Positions 24,334-36,309 of a stretch of DNA of 51,371 nt are shown here, one piece after another. The notes under the pieces are model-generated. The model was given only the letters and a program-made list of their open reading frames with translations. It was not told the DNA's origin and did no database searches. The DNA lies in the NCBI RefSeq assembly GCF_001194135.2, contig NC_068997.1:5698274-5749644 (forward strand), read 5' to 3'. The translations under genes and the position numbers were made by a program. Positions within the stretch are counted from its first letter, which is position 1, and every line of letters begins with the position of its first letter. This DNA is from Octopus bimaculoides (taxonomy: Eukaryota).

Positions 24334-24536
24334 TAGTACAAGTAGAAAGATATTATTTTCAACGTGTAAATACTGATTGAACAGCATATAACAGATAAAA
24401 TCCTTACAGAGCAGTGAAATCTGTTAGCAACCAGCCATGAGAATCGAACTCACATCTGCTCTGTAAGGATTTTATCCTATTCATGCTGTTCTATCAGTAT
24501 TTACGCATTGAAAAATATATCTTTCTACTTGTACTA
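24334..24536. mobile_element. Foldback/MITE-like element with ~82-bp inverted arms
   Basis: tagtacaagtagaaagatat...gataaaatccttacagagcag pairs with ctgctctgtaaggattttatc...atatctttctacttgtacta. Loop about 40 nt; TA at both ends. Confidence 0.8.
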
Positions 24537-25224
24537 AATAAGAGTACATCTACATAAAAGGTACTGAGCTCATGATCATAAGATTGTGGTTTCAATTCTT
24601 GGACTGGGCAATGCTTTGTGTTCTTAAGCAAAATACCTCATTTCATGTTGTTTCAGTCGACTTAGCTGGCAAAAATGAGTATTCCATTGGCATCCTGTCC
24701 AGCGGGGAATATATACACCACAGACACCAGGAAACTGGCCCTATGAGTCTATATGACTCTGGAAGGAGTTTTATCTTCTTTTTTTTTATAGATTACATAT
24801 CATCATCATCATCATCATCATTTAATGTCCATGTTCTTTACTGGTATACATTGAACTTTTTGACAGGATCTGATACGTCTGAAGACTGCATTGTGTTCCA
24901 ATATTTGCTTTGGCACTGTTTCTACAAGTGGATGCCCTTCCTAACGCTAACAGCTTTTCAGCATGTACTGGGTACTTTTTTTTTCATGATACCAGGACTA
25001 GTGAGGTCACCATGAAACCTGTAAGATTAAAACCTTTTTAGCTGAGTGATGTAAAAGTAGAGATAGAGATGGCTTTATGCTAGGAGATGAGAAGTTAAAG
25101 TGTGAGAGAAGGGAGCCTGAACAGAACAGGTTTCTTGCTGTAGGGGAGCTACACAGCTGCTCACATTATGGATGAGTGAGTGGGAGTGGCTAGGATGGAG
25201 CTGGAAAGAGACAGAAAAACAGTG

Positions 25225-25800
25225 GTGATGAGGTGTCAGGGTGGATCATCAAGTTGTGATTGGAAACTATGAAAAGTGGGGTTTAGAGAGAGGCAAGACA
25301 TGGTATGAGCACAAAGCACAGAGAGTGGCTGAGTTGGAGACCAGCAAAATCCTATGGGATTTCTCAATCCAAACAGACCAGGTGTTTGAGCACAACAGGC
25401 TGTACATAGTGGTGGTGGATAAGGCAAACAACATATGTTCTATAATTGACTTTACTTACCCCTTTGATACCCAAATAGTTAAGAAGGAAGGCGAAACAAT
25501 AGATATATATAAAACCCTCTTAGATATGACATATTTGACAGTGAAAACTGAAGGTGAAGATAATGCGAATTACTACTGGATCCTTCGGGACAGAATCAGA
25601 AGGCATCAAGAGGAATATAAAAGTAATGAGAATATAGGGCCCAGTAAACTTGCTGCAAAAGTCTGCCTCCTTGGCATTGCCAGAATCATCAGGAAAGTAT
25701 TAGATAGTTGAAAAGAACAGATAGCATGGTACTGTAGGCTGCAGGTAGCAAGCCTACCATGCATGTAAAACTCCAGGAGTTCCAACAAAACCTGAGTTAA

Positions 25801-25840
<40 letters not shown>
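25225..25840 (+). mobile_element. R4/Dong-type non-LTR retrotransposon 3' fragment (restriction-like endonuclease) ending in (TAA)n
   Basis: ORF 25241-25711, WYEHKAQRV...KILWDFSIQTDQVFEHNRLYIVVVDK...IIDFTYPFD, fits the R4/Dong RLE pattern ILWDF.IQTD...HNRPDI.V.DK. Short 3' UTR then about 13 TAA units. Confidence 0.8.
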
Positions 25841-25841
<1 letters not shown>

Positions 25842-26461
25842 AGTAAACATAAGAGCACCACAGCAAACCACAGCACATACCCAAGGTGCACAGAGCTGCG
25901 CTCGGTAGTGAAGTGAAAGCACGTTATAAAAATAAAACTACTGAACAATAATAATAATAATAATAATATAATAATGATCATTTCTATTATAGGCACAATG
26001 CCTGAAATTTGGTTGGAGGTGGGGGTTAGTCAATTATATCGACCCCAGTGTTTCATTGGTACTCAATTTATCGATCCCAAAAGGATGAAAGGTAAAGTTG
26101 ACATCGGCAGAATTTAATCTCAGAACATAATGGCGAGCGAAATACCACTAAGCATTTCATCCAGTATGCTAACAATTCTGCCAGGTTGCCACCTTAAATA
26201 ATAAATAGTAATCGTTTCTAGTACAGGCACATACTATACTGAAATTTTGAGGAAGGTTAGTCAATTACACCAATCCTAGTGCACAATTGTTGATTATTTT
26301 ATCTATCCTGAATGGATGAAAGGCAAGGTTGACTTTGGTGGACTTGGAACTCAAAACAAAGGATGAACAAAATGCTACCAAGCATTTTGAACAATGTGCC
26401 TACAATTCTGCCAGCTCTTGCTTCAGATAGTGGGGAACTGCTGCTGTGAAAAACCACATTC

Positions 26462-27250
26462 TTATCATCATCATCATTTAAAGCCTGTTTTCTATGCTGG
26501 CATAGGCTGGATAGCTTGACAGGAACTGACAAGACCAAGGGCTGCACCAAGTTCCACAGTCTGTTTTGGCTTGGTTTCTACAACTGGATGCCTTTCCTAA
26601 CCACAGAGTGTAATGGGTACTTTTTACATGGCACCATCAACAGTGCATTTTATGTAGCCCCAGTACCAGTGCTTTTTATGTGGCACCAGCACCAATGCTT
26701 TTTACATAGCACTTTGGTTTTAAGATATCAATTCTGTTGTGGTGGGTGGGTCAACTTAAGAACAGCAATGTGCCATATACCTGGTCCTCAGTATTCTCCT
26801 TCATAATGCTTGGCATTTTGCCATTGTCTTTCAATACTTTGTTCCATATCTTCCTCGGTCTTCCTCTTCCACAACTTTCCTTCACTTTAAATGATTGGCA
26901 GCTGTTTATGTAATTGTCCTCATCCATCTGTATCACATGATCAAACCAGCACACTGCATATAATCCCTCTGATGCCTAACTTTTCTCTCAATACACTGGT
27001 GCTCTGTCACACATGTACACTGACATTGCACATCCAGTGGAGCATACCAGTTTCTCTCTAGTCTTTGTGTATCCACTTTGTTCATGGCCCACATCTCACT
27101 ACCATGTAGTATGCAGTTTGTACACAAGCATCATACAATCTTCCTTACACTCAGAGAGAGAGGGGGAGAAAGAGAGGGAGAGTGAGAGAGAGAGAGCAAG
27201 AGAGACCATTGGTTGTCAACAGAGGTAGAAGCTCTTTGAAGTTTCTCACT
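26462..27250 (-). mobile_element. RTE-clade LINE 3' fragment, degraded
   Basis: ILHGSEMWAMNKVDTQRLERN and WFDHVIQMDEDNYINSCQSFKVKESCGRGRPRKIWNKV across frameshifts, followed by the same 3' UTR. Confidence 0.8.
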
Positions 27251-27994
27251 TTGCTGCAATGACTAATGACTCTTTATTCAACCGAGTAGACAGCAGTTAC
27301 AATTTTGCAGTCATGAACCCTTAGAGATATTTTCTCCTGTTGTGATGACAGCGTATTCACAGAGCCCCCATAAACAAATATTTTGTAATAACTACAGTAT
27401 TGTTCTTCTAGTGTATAAACTTTTCTGTGTTTTAAATTGAAGACCAATATGGCAAATATTTTGTTACTATTAATTGTTTGCGAGGTGTTATCACTAATTT
27501 ACATGCAACAAGGCAAATATCTTGTGACATTATGAAATTCAAAGTCCTCAGTGAGATTTAAACTTCAAAAATTAAGCTGCCTTGTATCTATCATTAATTA
27601 TAATTGGGATGTAAAATCTTTGAACATGTTGTTTATCTCTTAATAATACCAACGAGATTTACTTTCTAAAACATTTCATCAATTATTTTTAAAAAAATAA
27701 ACAAGTAAGATAGTACAAAATTTCTATAAAGGACCATGGGATTTGTTAGGGGTAAATAAAATATCTATATCATTAGTACTTATTTTATTGACTACGTGTG
27801 ATTTGAACTCAGGTGAAGGTAAAGTATGTGTACACCACCCATTCTTGGTGTCTTTTGTTTTTTCAAAAATTTATTTTGATCTCTATGCTGACGATATAAG
27901 CGAATACAGTTCAACCTCAGTTGAAATGACCATTTTTTATTTTGTAATTCATATTTATGATGAGTGTATTTAGAAACTTTATCACCCCAACCTT

Positions 27995-28690
27995 ATTTTT
28001 TTCCCAAATTTCTTTGGGTTCCTGGTTTTGATATAGGAGATAAGGATTTTACCCCCAAAACACGTTTCCAAAATGTTAATAAACCCTCCCCACCCCAAAT
28101 TTTTAATTTTTAACATTTTTCGAAATTTTTTTTAATCCACGTAGAAAAATAAAGATTATGAATCTTCAAGAATTAAAAAAAAATTTCTAAAAGAAACACT
28201 CAAATCCCCATCCCCAGCCTTCACCCGTCACCTCCAAACATTTTCGTTTTAGTTTTTTTGAAAGCTGGGAAGTTTTCTTCCAAGAAATAATGTCGTTTAG
28301 CTGTTGTTTCTAGCATGTCGGGATTTCTGGTGGTGGTCTGATATTTTTGACGTCTGCTATTTCAGTAGAATTTTATGCATGCGTGAAACATCAATAGAAA
28401 GTGAAATATTCTGAGTTTATATTTTTTTGAAAGCGGGATAGGTGATGGCTGGAAAGGGCATTGAGTGTTTCTTAAAGAAAGATTAAAAGTTAAAGAAAAA
28501 TTTCCCAGATTCGTAATCTCTCTATTTTTCTACGTGGATTAAAAAAAAAATTCGAAAAAAGTTAAAAATTAAGAAATTGGAGTGAGGTGGGGGAAAATTA
28601 AAATTTTGAATACATGATTTTGGGGCAAAATCGTATTCTCCTATATCGAAAACATAGAAATCCGAAAAAATTACTGAAAAAAAACTCACC
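27995..28690. mobile_element. Large foldback/MITE-like element (~170-bp degenerate inverted arms, ~340-bp interior) just upstream of PLRG1
   Basis: gatataggaga...ttttaacatttttcgaaattttttttaatccacgtagaaaaata (28030-28150) pairs with tatttttctacgtggattaaaaaaaaaattcgaaaaaagttaaaaa...ctcctatatc (28523-28647). Confidence 0.8.
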
Positions 28691-28734
28691 GTGTATATAT
28701 GTGTGTGTGTGTGTGTGTGTGTATGTGTGTGTGT

Positions 28735-28866
28735 GTAATTCGCTCTCAGTCATATAAAGAATCTTGCGAACAAGATACAAAGACCAAGAAAGGTAACTCT
28801 GATTGTTATTGTGGTTCATTAGGACCAATGACATCATTCTACTTCCGTTTCTACATCAAAATGGCC
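28735..28866 (+). promoter_or_regulatory. Putative PLRG1 core promoter / 5' UTR
   Basis: CCAAT (28825-28829), TGACATCA CRE-like (28829-28836), ACTTCCG ETS-like (28841-28847) and CAAAATGGCC YY1-like overlapping the ATG (28857-28866). This is a typical housekeeping motif set. Confidence 0.5.
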
Positions 28867-29778
28867 ACCGGTATAGATGATGTCTTGAAACATTCGGTGC
28901 ACACTTTGGTGTTTCGCTCACTAAAACGCACCCATGACATGTTCCTGTCTGACCAGAATTTTATACCCACTATCGATGAAAAATGCGAGAAACTATGGGC
29001 CAATATAAAATTACGCAGCGAATACAGCATGGTAAAAGATATGCCGCGACCCGATCTACCGCACTCGAAAAAGCTTGCAGAACACATCGGAGGTTCCAAC
29101 TCGGCCAATTCCAGCGATCAAGATGGGGACCAAAATCAGATAGAGTTCCGAAAAACCGTGCTATCCGATGGATCAGTTGTATCCACACCTGTGTCAAACT
29201 CGATGCAATTGGCTACTTATGACTCTAAAAGTTCGGACCAGAATTCAAAAATGCTAACTGGCTTGAACCAAACATTAATTCCCCGTAAAGCACCTACCAT
29301 GCCCAAACCGGAATGGCACCCTCCTTGGAAGTTGTATAGAGTGATATCTGGCCATTTAGGCTGGGTCCGTTGTATATCCGTGGAACCCAAAAATGAATGG
29401 TTTGTTACGGGCGGTGGTGACCGCGTCATAAAGATTTGGGACTTGGCCAGTGGCACTCTAAAGTTGTCACTGACGGGACACATCAGTTCCGTGCGTGGTG
29501 TGTGCGTCAGTCCTCGCAATCCTTATCTCTTCTCTTGCGGCGAGGATAAACTGGTGAAGTGTTGGGATCTGGAGTACAACAAAGTGATTCGTCACTATCA
29601 CGGACATTTGAGTGCTGTCTACGGTTTGGACATTCACCCTACAATCGATGTTTTGTTGTCGTGCGGACGTGATGCTACGGCTCGTGTGTGGGACATGCGG
29701 ACAAAGGCGTGTGTCCATACCATGACTGGACATACGAACACTGTAGCTGTCGTCAAATGTCAAGCAGCCGAACCACAG
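28861..29778 (+). CDS. PLRG1: Pleiotropic regulator 1 (Prp46, Prp19/NTC spliceosome WD40 protein), coding exon 1 (918 nt, 306 codons)
   Basis: [28 protein letters not shown] (conserved PLRG1 N-terminus), then [30 protein letters not shown]40 repeats 1-3 and part of repeat 4. Donor CAG|GTAAAC, phase 0. Confidence 0.97.
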
Positions 29779-30641
29779 GTAAACTAAATTGGTGGCGCTT
29801 CTATTTTATACAAACATTTAGTCAACGTTTTGTTTTTGGCTTTGGTGAGACGACTCGGAACATTCACGATGTGAACTTTCCGAGACCTCTCTCCCACCCC
29901 CGTCCGCAAGCGCGCAATTTTTTTTTCATATTCGTTTAGAGGAAGTTGTTTTACACATATAACACCTAAGTCTTTCCAAACCCACTTCTTACTGTCCCGA
30001 AAAGGGAAACGCATACTATATAATGTGGGATCGTTCATAGGTCGGCATAACATTTTTCTGAAAGTTATGACCTCCCAAAGTCTGGGGGGTAAAACCCTGT
30101 AGTTATGCCCATAGGTCTTCTGAATCAGTTTTGATCTACGGTTAAACAACAACCACAGTAAACGATTTTTTTAAATGTTTGTATTCTCTTTCACTTAAAC
30201 GTCCCCTTGTATTTTTTACTGTCCCCTCAATGAACAATGAGAGACGATGTAGCATGACAGTTTTCTTTTCAAACATCACTAGTTTTGCTGCCCTGTTTTC
30301 TTATGCTGTTTTTAAAGCACCTCAACTCTTTCCATTCCATTCTCATGTCCACCCTGATCCGGCAGATCTATTATCATCATATTTTTTGGCGGCAATAATT
30401 GCAGTTCAGTGCCCTCTCTCCGACTTTGCTTTGTCATAATTCTCTAAAATACATAGTCTAAGATGAAATTCTGCAGAAATACGTTTACCAAAGTGTTGAT
30501 ATTGATATTTCAAACACAGAGATCTAAGAGGGGAAGTGAAAAATGCTAAAGTTATGGAAATTAGTGGTAACAGGATTAAATGGGTGATAATGATCTGAAA
30601 CTCCTCAAAAAAAAAAAAGTAAATAAAAAAAATATATAAAT

Positions 30642-30986
30642 GCATGGCTGTGTGGTAAGAAGCTTGCTTCCCAACAACATGTTTCTGGTTCAGTCCCACT
30701 GTGTGGCACCTTATGCAAGTGTCTATTCTACCATAGCCTTGGATTTTGTAGATGGAAAATGCAATGAGTCTGCTGTGAGTTTTTGTGTTTGTTCCCCACC
30801 ACTGCTTGACAACCAGTGATGATATGTTTACATCCCTGTAACGTAGTAGTTTGGCAAAAGAGACTGATAGAATAAGTACCAGTCCTAAAAAAAAATAAGT
30901 ACTAGGGGGTGACTCGTTTGATTAAAAAATTCTTCAAGGTGGTGCCCCGGCATGGGTGCAGTCTAGTGGCTGAAACAAGTAAAAGA
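30642..30986 (+). mobile_element. Near full-length tRNA-head SINE (family C here)
   Basis: Head gcatggctgtgtggtaagaagcttgc...ggttcagtcccact (A/B-box-like), body gatagaataagtacc, tail actgaaacaagtaaaaga. Other copies at about 4915-5072(-), 8960-9150(-), 11440-11540(-), 13700-13860(+), 23230-23380(+), 37476-37683(+), 38550-38712(-), 39225-39423(+), 45285-45430(-). Confidence 0.85.
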
Positions 30987-31379
30987 TGATTGTAATTTAT
31001 ACCCTCAATGACCTATCTGCAAAATTTCCTTTAAAAATATACATTTTTCAGAAAATTATAAGGAAACAAAAGTCAGACTAGAGAGTGGTGATGCACTAAA
31101 CTGTAGTTATGTCTCTTTTATTCAGACACTCTATATCTAGAACTACATTATCTAATGCCTCCTGTTTTAAACTGCTAACAGTATGATTTGAGAGATATTT
31201 AGCAGTTATGTGAAGCAGTTCCAGTGAGTACACGTGGGCTCACTCATTTGCTTGTCTCTCATTTTTTCTTGTGTAACACCAAGAACAGAATAAAAGAAAC
31301 ATTAATTTGATTAGGGTCTGGAGGCATGTAAAAGCAAAAGTTTACTAGAAAAGGGTATGTGGAGTTTATAAAAATGTAA

Positions 31380-31570
31380 AGAATTAAATTTTCTGATGGC
31401 TGGACATGATTAGGGAAGATCTCCAGTGGTTCAATGTCATCTTGGAGGATGCAGAGGCGCTGCCAATGATGGGAAGCACTGGTGAACCTGGTTGGCTCTA
31501 TGCCTGATTACGTCTCTGGGACCACCTAGGATGTCCCCATCAAGCAAGAGCATGAAACAAAGCAAGCAAG
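31380..31570 (+). mobile_element. LINE/SINE 3' end; a related copy lies at about 23090-23215 on the minus strand
   Basis: Shared ...gtctctgggac(cacctaggatgt)ccccatcaagc(a/t)agagcatgaa tail in opposite orientations at the two sites. Confidence 0.5.
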
Positions 31571-33569
31571 TTATGTGTGTACTGTTTTCTCAACATCACA
31601 TGATACATATGTCATTCAAGTGATGCTGTTCATTTCCAGTCTTCCATGAAAATTGTCTGACCATAGGAAAATATTGCCTTGCCTGGGAACAAGTGAGGGT
31701 TGGTGGCAGAAAATATGCCTCAAAATTCTGACGGACTTATGCAGCATGGAAAGGTAGATGTTAAATGATAATGATGATGATGATGTTTCTGAGGTTGTAG
31801 AGGGTTCAGTGGCAGCAATCTACAGGCCTACCTGTCTTATTCAAAACCCCTTATTCAGTGATGGAACATATGCCTACCCATCTCTTTCCCTTCGTTAACA
31901 ATAGAATTATGTGAGATCACAACAGTCCTGTACACATGTATACTGCCTCTAGAGTGAAACCATTTACCATTTATTATAACAGGTGGAGAGAATGACATCT
32001 GCATTGTAAAATATGTGTGGTTGGATGGAAACTAACTCCTTGTAATTACAGATTACAAATTTTTTGCACTTCACCCAGGGGATGACAACTTCCCCCCCAT
32101 ACTTACCACATTGTTACCAACGCTTCATGTCAACCTGCTCTTTTGTTACCATTCATATCTCTTTTAAAATATACCATCTTTGTTTCAGTTAATCATGAAA
32201 ATAAGGAAGAATTTTGTAAAATAACTTGATTAAAAACTGAGGCTGAAATCATGTGATTTGATAAGTCCTGGCAGCAGAAGTAGTGGTGATTGTTGCTGGT
32301 GATAGCTATGATGTACTTTTGTGCACCAAATAACTATATGAGAGTTATTTCTCTTAGTATATATCACAATATTTGTGTGTTCTAATGCAACATTGATTTG
32401 GCTGTTATTAAGCTAGCATTTGGAGTGAAAAATGAAAATTTGATGGAAGGTTTCAATTTAGATCACCTTAAAACAAGAAATTCTTATCATAGAACTTGGG
32501 TGGTCTCAAATAGGCTGGTATCAGAAGGATTACTTACACTTCTCCCATATTAATTTTGGTTCCTCACAGTTACCAATACTTTAGTTACACCCTCCCATTC
32601 TACTTTTGGTGGATGTAAGATGGCTCAGTAAATAAAGTAGAGTATTATCTGCTGAGTAGGTGCTAATTTCAAATCTAAAACTAGCATTTTATTGAGTATC
32701 TGGTCAGAACACTTTATTTTGCACCACCTCAGTTCAGTTAAGAAATTGGCTTTACTAGATCTTCATGCACTATGCTTATCTTTCCCTCTCTAATCATATC
32801 CTCCCTGCCTGCATCCACATGAACTCCCTACTTATGCATCCTGAGCAGTCCTGTACCATCCCATTTATATTCTCATCTTCATACTTTGAGAGTATGCCAC
32901 GGCACATTGCCACCATCTCTCTCTTTTGCTCTCTCTCTCTCATTCTCTTTTATTCTCACTCATTCGCTCTCTCCTTCTGACTGGGGTAACCATGTATATC
33001 CATTGCAGCAAAACACCTGTTTCTTTCCCTCTGTTGTAGACTAACATTTCATCGCCTGGCACAAAGCTACCTCCTTCAATACCACTCCTCTCTCAAAGGA
33101 TCTTTGTTTTGCAAGCTACTTGGTGACCTCACTGGTGCTAGTGTCATGTAAAAAGCATCCACTCCACTCTGTAAAGTGGTTGGTGATAGGAAGGGCATCC
33201 AGCCATAGAAACCATGCCAAAGGAAACTTGCCAGTGCTGGTACCATGTAAAAAGTATGCTGTCCACTCTGTAAAGTGGTTTGCATTAGGAGGGGCATCCA
33301 ACCATAAACACCATGTTGAAGCAGACCCCCTCACGCTCCTATGGAACATCTCTTTCTATCCCCATCCACTGCTCCCTGTGGTTAGGTCCCCCCTCTCTCT
33401 CACTCTGTCTGTCTCGCCTTCTCGCTAACTCTCTCCTTTCCTTCTTTGTCCTAACTAGGGTAGCGAAGTATCTCCTCTATGTTAAGACAGCTATCTCTGT
33501 CCCTCTATCATGCTCTAACCTTTTGCCTGGCACACGGTCCACATTGTGCCCAGATTTGTTAATTCAGGG

Positions 33570-34200
33570 GAAAAAATCATATCTCTGGTTAGAATAATCA
33601 CCTGATAGTGGTTGACGGCTCGTTTGAACCACAGTTTAAGGGCTATCAGCTGGAACCAAAATTATTTGTTTTTTCTTTGTTTATGGGGTCTGGGTCCAAA
33701 TAACCAAATCAGAGCATATTGACCAAGATTGTCTTTTTGGTGTATTGCAGTTAAAAATGATTATCTGCAAGATCTCACGAGCTATCAATCAAGGATAACA
33801 TCCATTACATCTTCAGAAGAATGTCTATCATGTTGCATACAACAATTGCTTTGAAATGTCTCAGCCCAAGTTGTTCTGTTTGTGGTGAAGTTAGTCACAC
33901 AGCTCGTTTTTCAAAATATAAGAAGGTGTCTGCTTTGACAGAAGGGCAATCAAGAATCAAATCACTATATTGCTGACTGGTCCTTGTTATGCATATTTAT
34001 TGTTTGACATTGTTGTTTCAATATTTGTGGTGAATAATAAGTGATCAATTTTCACAATTTAGTGCAAATGATTCTGATTTTTTTTGTGAATCATAGAGAG
34101 GGAGTTTCATTGTATTTTCTCCTTTTGCAGGAAGGGTATACTATGGTAAAGTTTCAATCTAAGGATTTGTTGGAAATATTCTATTTTTGTTATCTTGTAT
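33570..34200 (-). mobile_element. Old LINE RT C-terminal remnant (CR1/L2/I-group-like)
   Basis: Minus-strand reading EKRAV*LTSPQTEQLGLRHFKAIVVCNM resembles the QKRAVRL...L.HRR motif. Many stop codons. Confidence 0.3.
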
Positions 34201-35621
34201 TTTGGCCCTTCTTCAATTTTGGTGTAAGCAAGGCAAAATCCTCTAAGTTGGAATTTAACCTTCCTAATCAGATTTTTACCCCATAAAATAGGCTAAATAT
34301 TAAAAAAAGTGCATCTAAAATCAAATATTTCAAGAAATTTATTAGGTTCTGACTCTATTTTATGTTTCCTGTTTTTATACATGTTTAATCACTTTGGGGG
34401 TCAATAACTACCAATTTTAGCCAATTTTGGCTGGTTTTGATGTTTGTTAACCAAATTGGAATTATACTTTCTGTATGGCCTTTTAACCCCTTTGAACTGA
34501 TTTTCTCCCCACAGTTTTCCTAAAATGTTGAGGATGTCAAATATGTTAGTCCTTAATGTATCAAAATCTGTCATTTTTAACAAAAATTATCAAGTTTGAT
34601 GGAGTTTTACCAGAAATTTAGATATTTTTCATGCATCCCTTATTTTCTCAAATTTCTCCAATTTATGTTGGCCTATGCACTCTAGGCTGTAGCTTGACTG
34701 AAATACAATAAAAATTACTTCTAAGTAAATTCAAACAGAGGCTAAAAGTCTTTTTTGTGAAAGAAAATATGTTCAGTCTTATGATACTAAAAAAAAAAAC
34801 AAAAAAAAAAACGTAAATTTCCTTAAATTGACCAACTTTAAAGAGCTATAAAAATTGAACCATACATTATTTTAACCTCAGGTTTTTTGCTATGTAATCT
34901 CATGAGTTTAGATGGTAGATATGGGGAGATATAGAAAATGATAGCTGATAAGAGAGGTGCAGGATGGAGTGTAGCAGAGGGCAAAAAGGGCAGTGGCTGA
35001 AGGCACAGAAAGGAGGTAATTGGTTGAAATGGGGTGAATAGGGATGATGAGGAATGGAAATAGATTGGGGTTGGTCAAGACTGTTTTGGAGGGTGTGGGA
35101 TGTAATATGTGCGATATTGCTCACAAAAGAGTACGGCAGCTGCATAGTACCATAAACTGGGGGAGTTGGTGGTGATATGTCAAAGAGAGAGGAGCGGAGA
35201 TACAGCTTGGTATGTACAGGTTTATCTGAATGGTTATTGGAGTTTGTTTATGAAATTATTATTTTCTGGTACTGATAAATCTCATATCAAATTTTCTTTC
35301 TCTTTTCTAATATTTACATCTACATTACAACTTTAGTCAATTTAATATCTGACATTCAAAAATAAGACACCGGGTGTTCAGAAACATGTTATAGATATAA
35401 ATATTTAAGAAAATGCACATCTCTAAAGAAGAGGTTGCTAATTGGTAATAGAACATTTGCTGTACAGAGTCCAAATAAATTAAAGCATGTTTAAATTAGA
35501 TATGTAAATATTTTTTGAAAATTGACCAACTCTAAAAAAGAAGTTGGCAGTCTGAAATATGGCAATCTTATAAAGTTGTATTTTTTTTTACATTTATTTT
35601 TCTTTCTGTTTATCTCCGCAG

Positions 35622-36134
35622 GTAATTACTGGTAGTCATGATTGTACAATTCGTCTTTGGGACCTGGCAGCTGGACGTACCCGTGCTACACTTACCAATC
35701 ACAAGAAAAGCATTCGATCATTAGTCCTTCATCCAACCAAGTATTCTTTTACATCCGGTTCCCCTGACAACATCAAGCAGTGGAAGTTTCCAGATGGCAA
35801 CTTTATCCAGAACTTGACTGGACACAATGCCATCATCAACACTCTTGGCATGAACTCTGACAATGTTCTGGTGTCTGGTGCTGATAACGGCACAATGTAT
35901 TTCTGGGATTGGAAGACAGGCTATAACTTCCAGAGGATCCAAGCTGCTGTGCAGCCAGGCTCTATTGATTCAGAAGCTGGTATCTTTGCCTGCACCTTTG
36001 ATCATAGTGGAAGTCGGTTAATTACTGGGGAAGCTGACAAAAGTATAAAAATTTACAAAGAAGATGAGAAGGCATCTGAAGAAACTCACCCCATTAACTG
36101 GCGACCTGACATTCTTAAAAGAAAGCGATATTAG
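35622..36134 (+). CDS. PLRG1: PLRG1 coding exon 2 (513 nt including TAG); total protein 476 aa
   Basis: Polypyrimidine tract and ccgcag acceptor. Manual translation [38 protein letters not shown]...[28 protein letters not shown] is in frame with track ORF 35814-36134, ending ...[18 protein letters not shown]. Completes WD40 repeats 4-7. Confidence 0.97.
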   Translation, partial: VITGSHDCTIRLWDLAAGRTRATLTNHKKSIRSLVLHPTKYSFTSGSPDNIKQWKFPDGNFIQNLTGHNAIINTLGMNSDNVLVSGADNGTMYFWDWKTGYNFQRIQAAVQPGSIDSEAGIFACTFDHSGSRLITGEADKSIKIYKEDEKASEETHPINWRPDILKRKRY

Positions 36135-36309
36135 TCTTAGTTTTTGCCATTTTCAGTTGATCATATTCATCTTACATTTTTATATTCATAAAATATTTTA
36201 TAAATCATTTCAAACTGGATTATATTGCTTTGTTGTCATTGAATGGTAGTCTGTAGAAATCGTAGCAGACCAAAATGCATTACAGCATCTATTTTCTTCC
36301 CATTAGTGT

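Noticed and set aside
28791-28822. Mini-intron GTAACT...CATTAG in the PLRG1 5' UTR
   Set aside because: About 30 nt is too short for a normal spliceosomal intron, and there is no pyrimidine tract.
22029-28860. Shared bidirectional promoter for PIK3C3 and PLRG1
   Set aside because: The ATGs are about 6.8 kb apart, with repeats in between, and each gene has its own CpG-rich motif cluster. This is not a compact bidirectional promoter unless an unseen 5' UTR exon exists.
28699-28860. N-terminal extension of PLRG1 in the ORF track (MCVCVC...)
   Set aside because: It starts in a (TG)n microsatellite. Homology begins at the ATG at 28861, which has a good context (aaaATGG).
28851-29939. Antisense and alternative-frame ORFs overlapping PLRG1 exon 1
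   Set aside because: Expected shadows of a GC-richer coding exon; no homology or independent splice signals.
30642-30720. tRNA genes at the GTGGCTGTGTGGTAAG / GGTTCAGTCCC-type heads
   Set aside because: No complete cloverleaf. All such heads continue into SINE bodies and occur in many diverged copies.
34900-35230. Penelope GIY-YIG endonuclease remnant
   Set aside because: The purine-rich composition is suggestive, but no readable GIY/YIG motif was found in any frame I examined.
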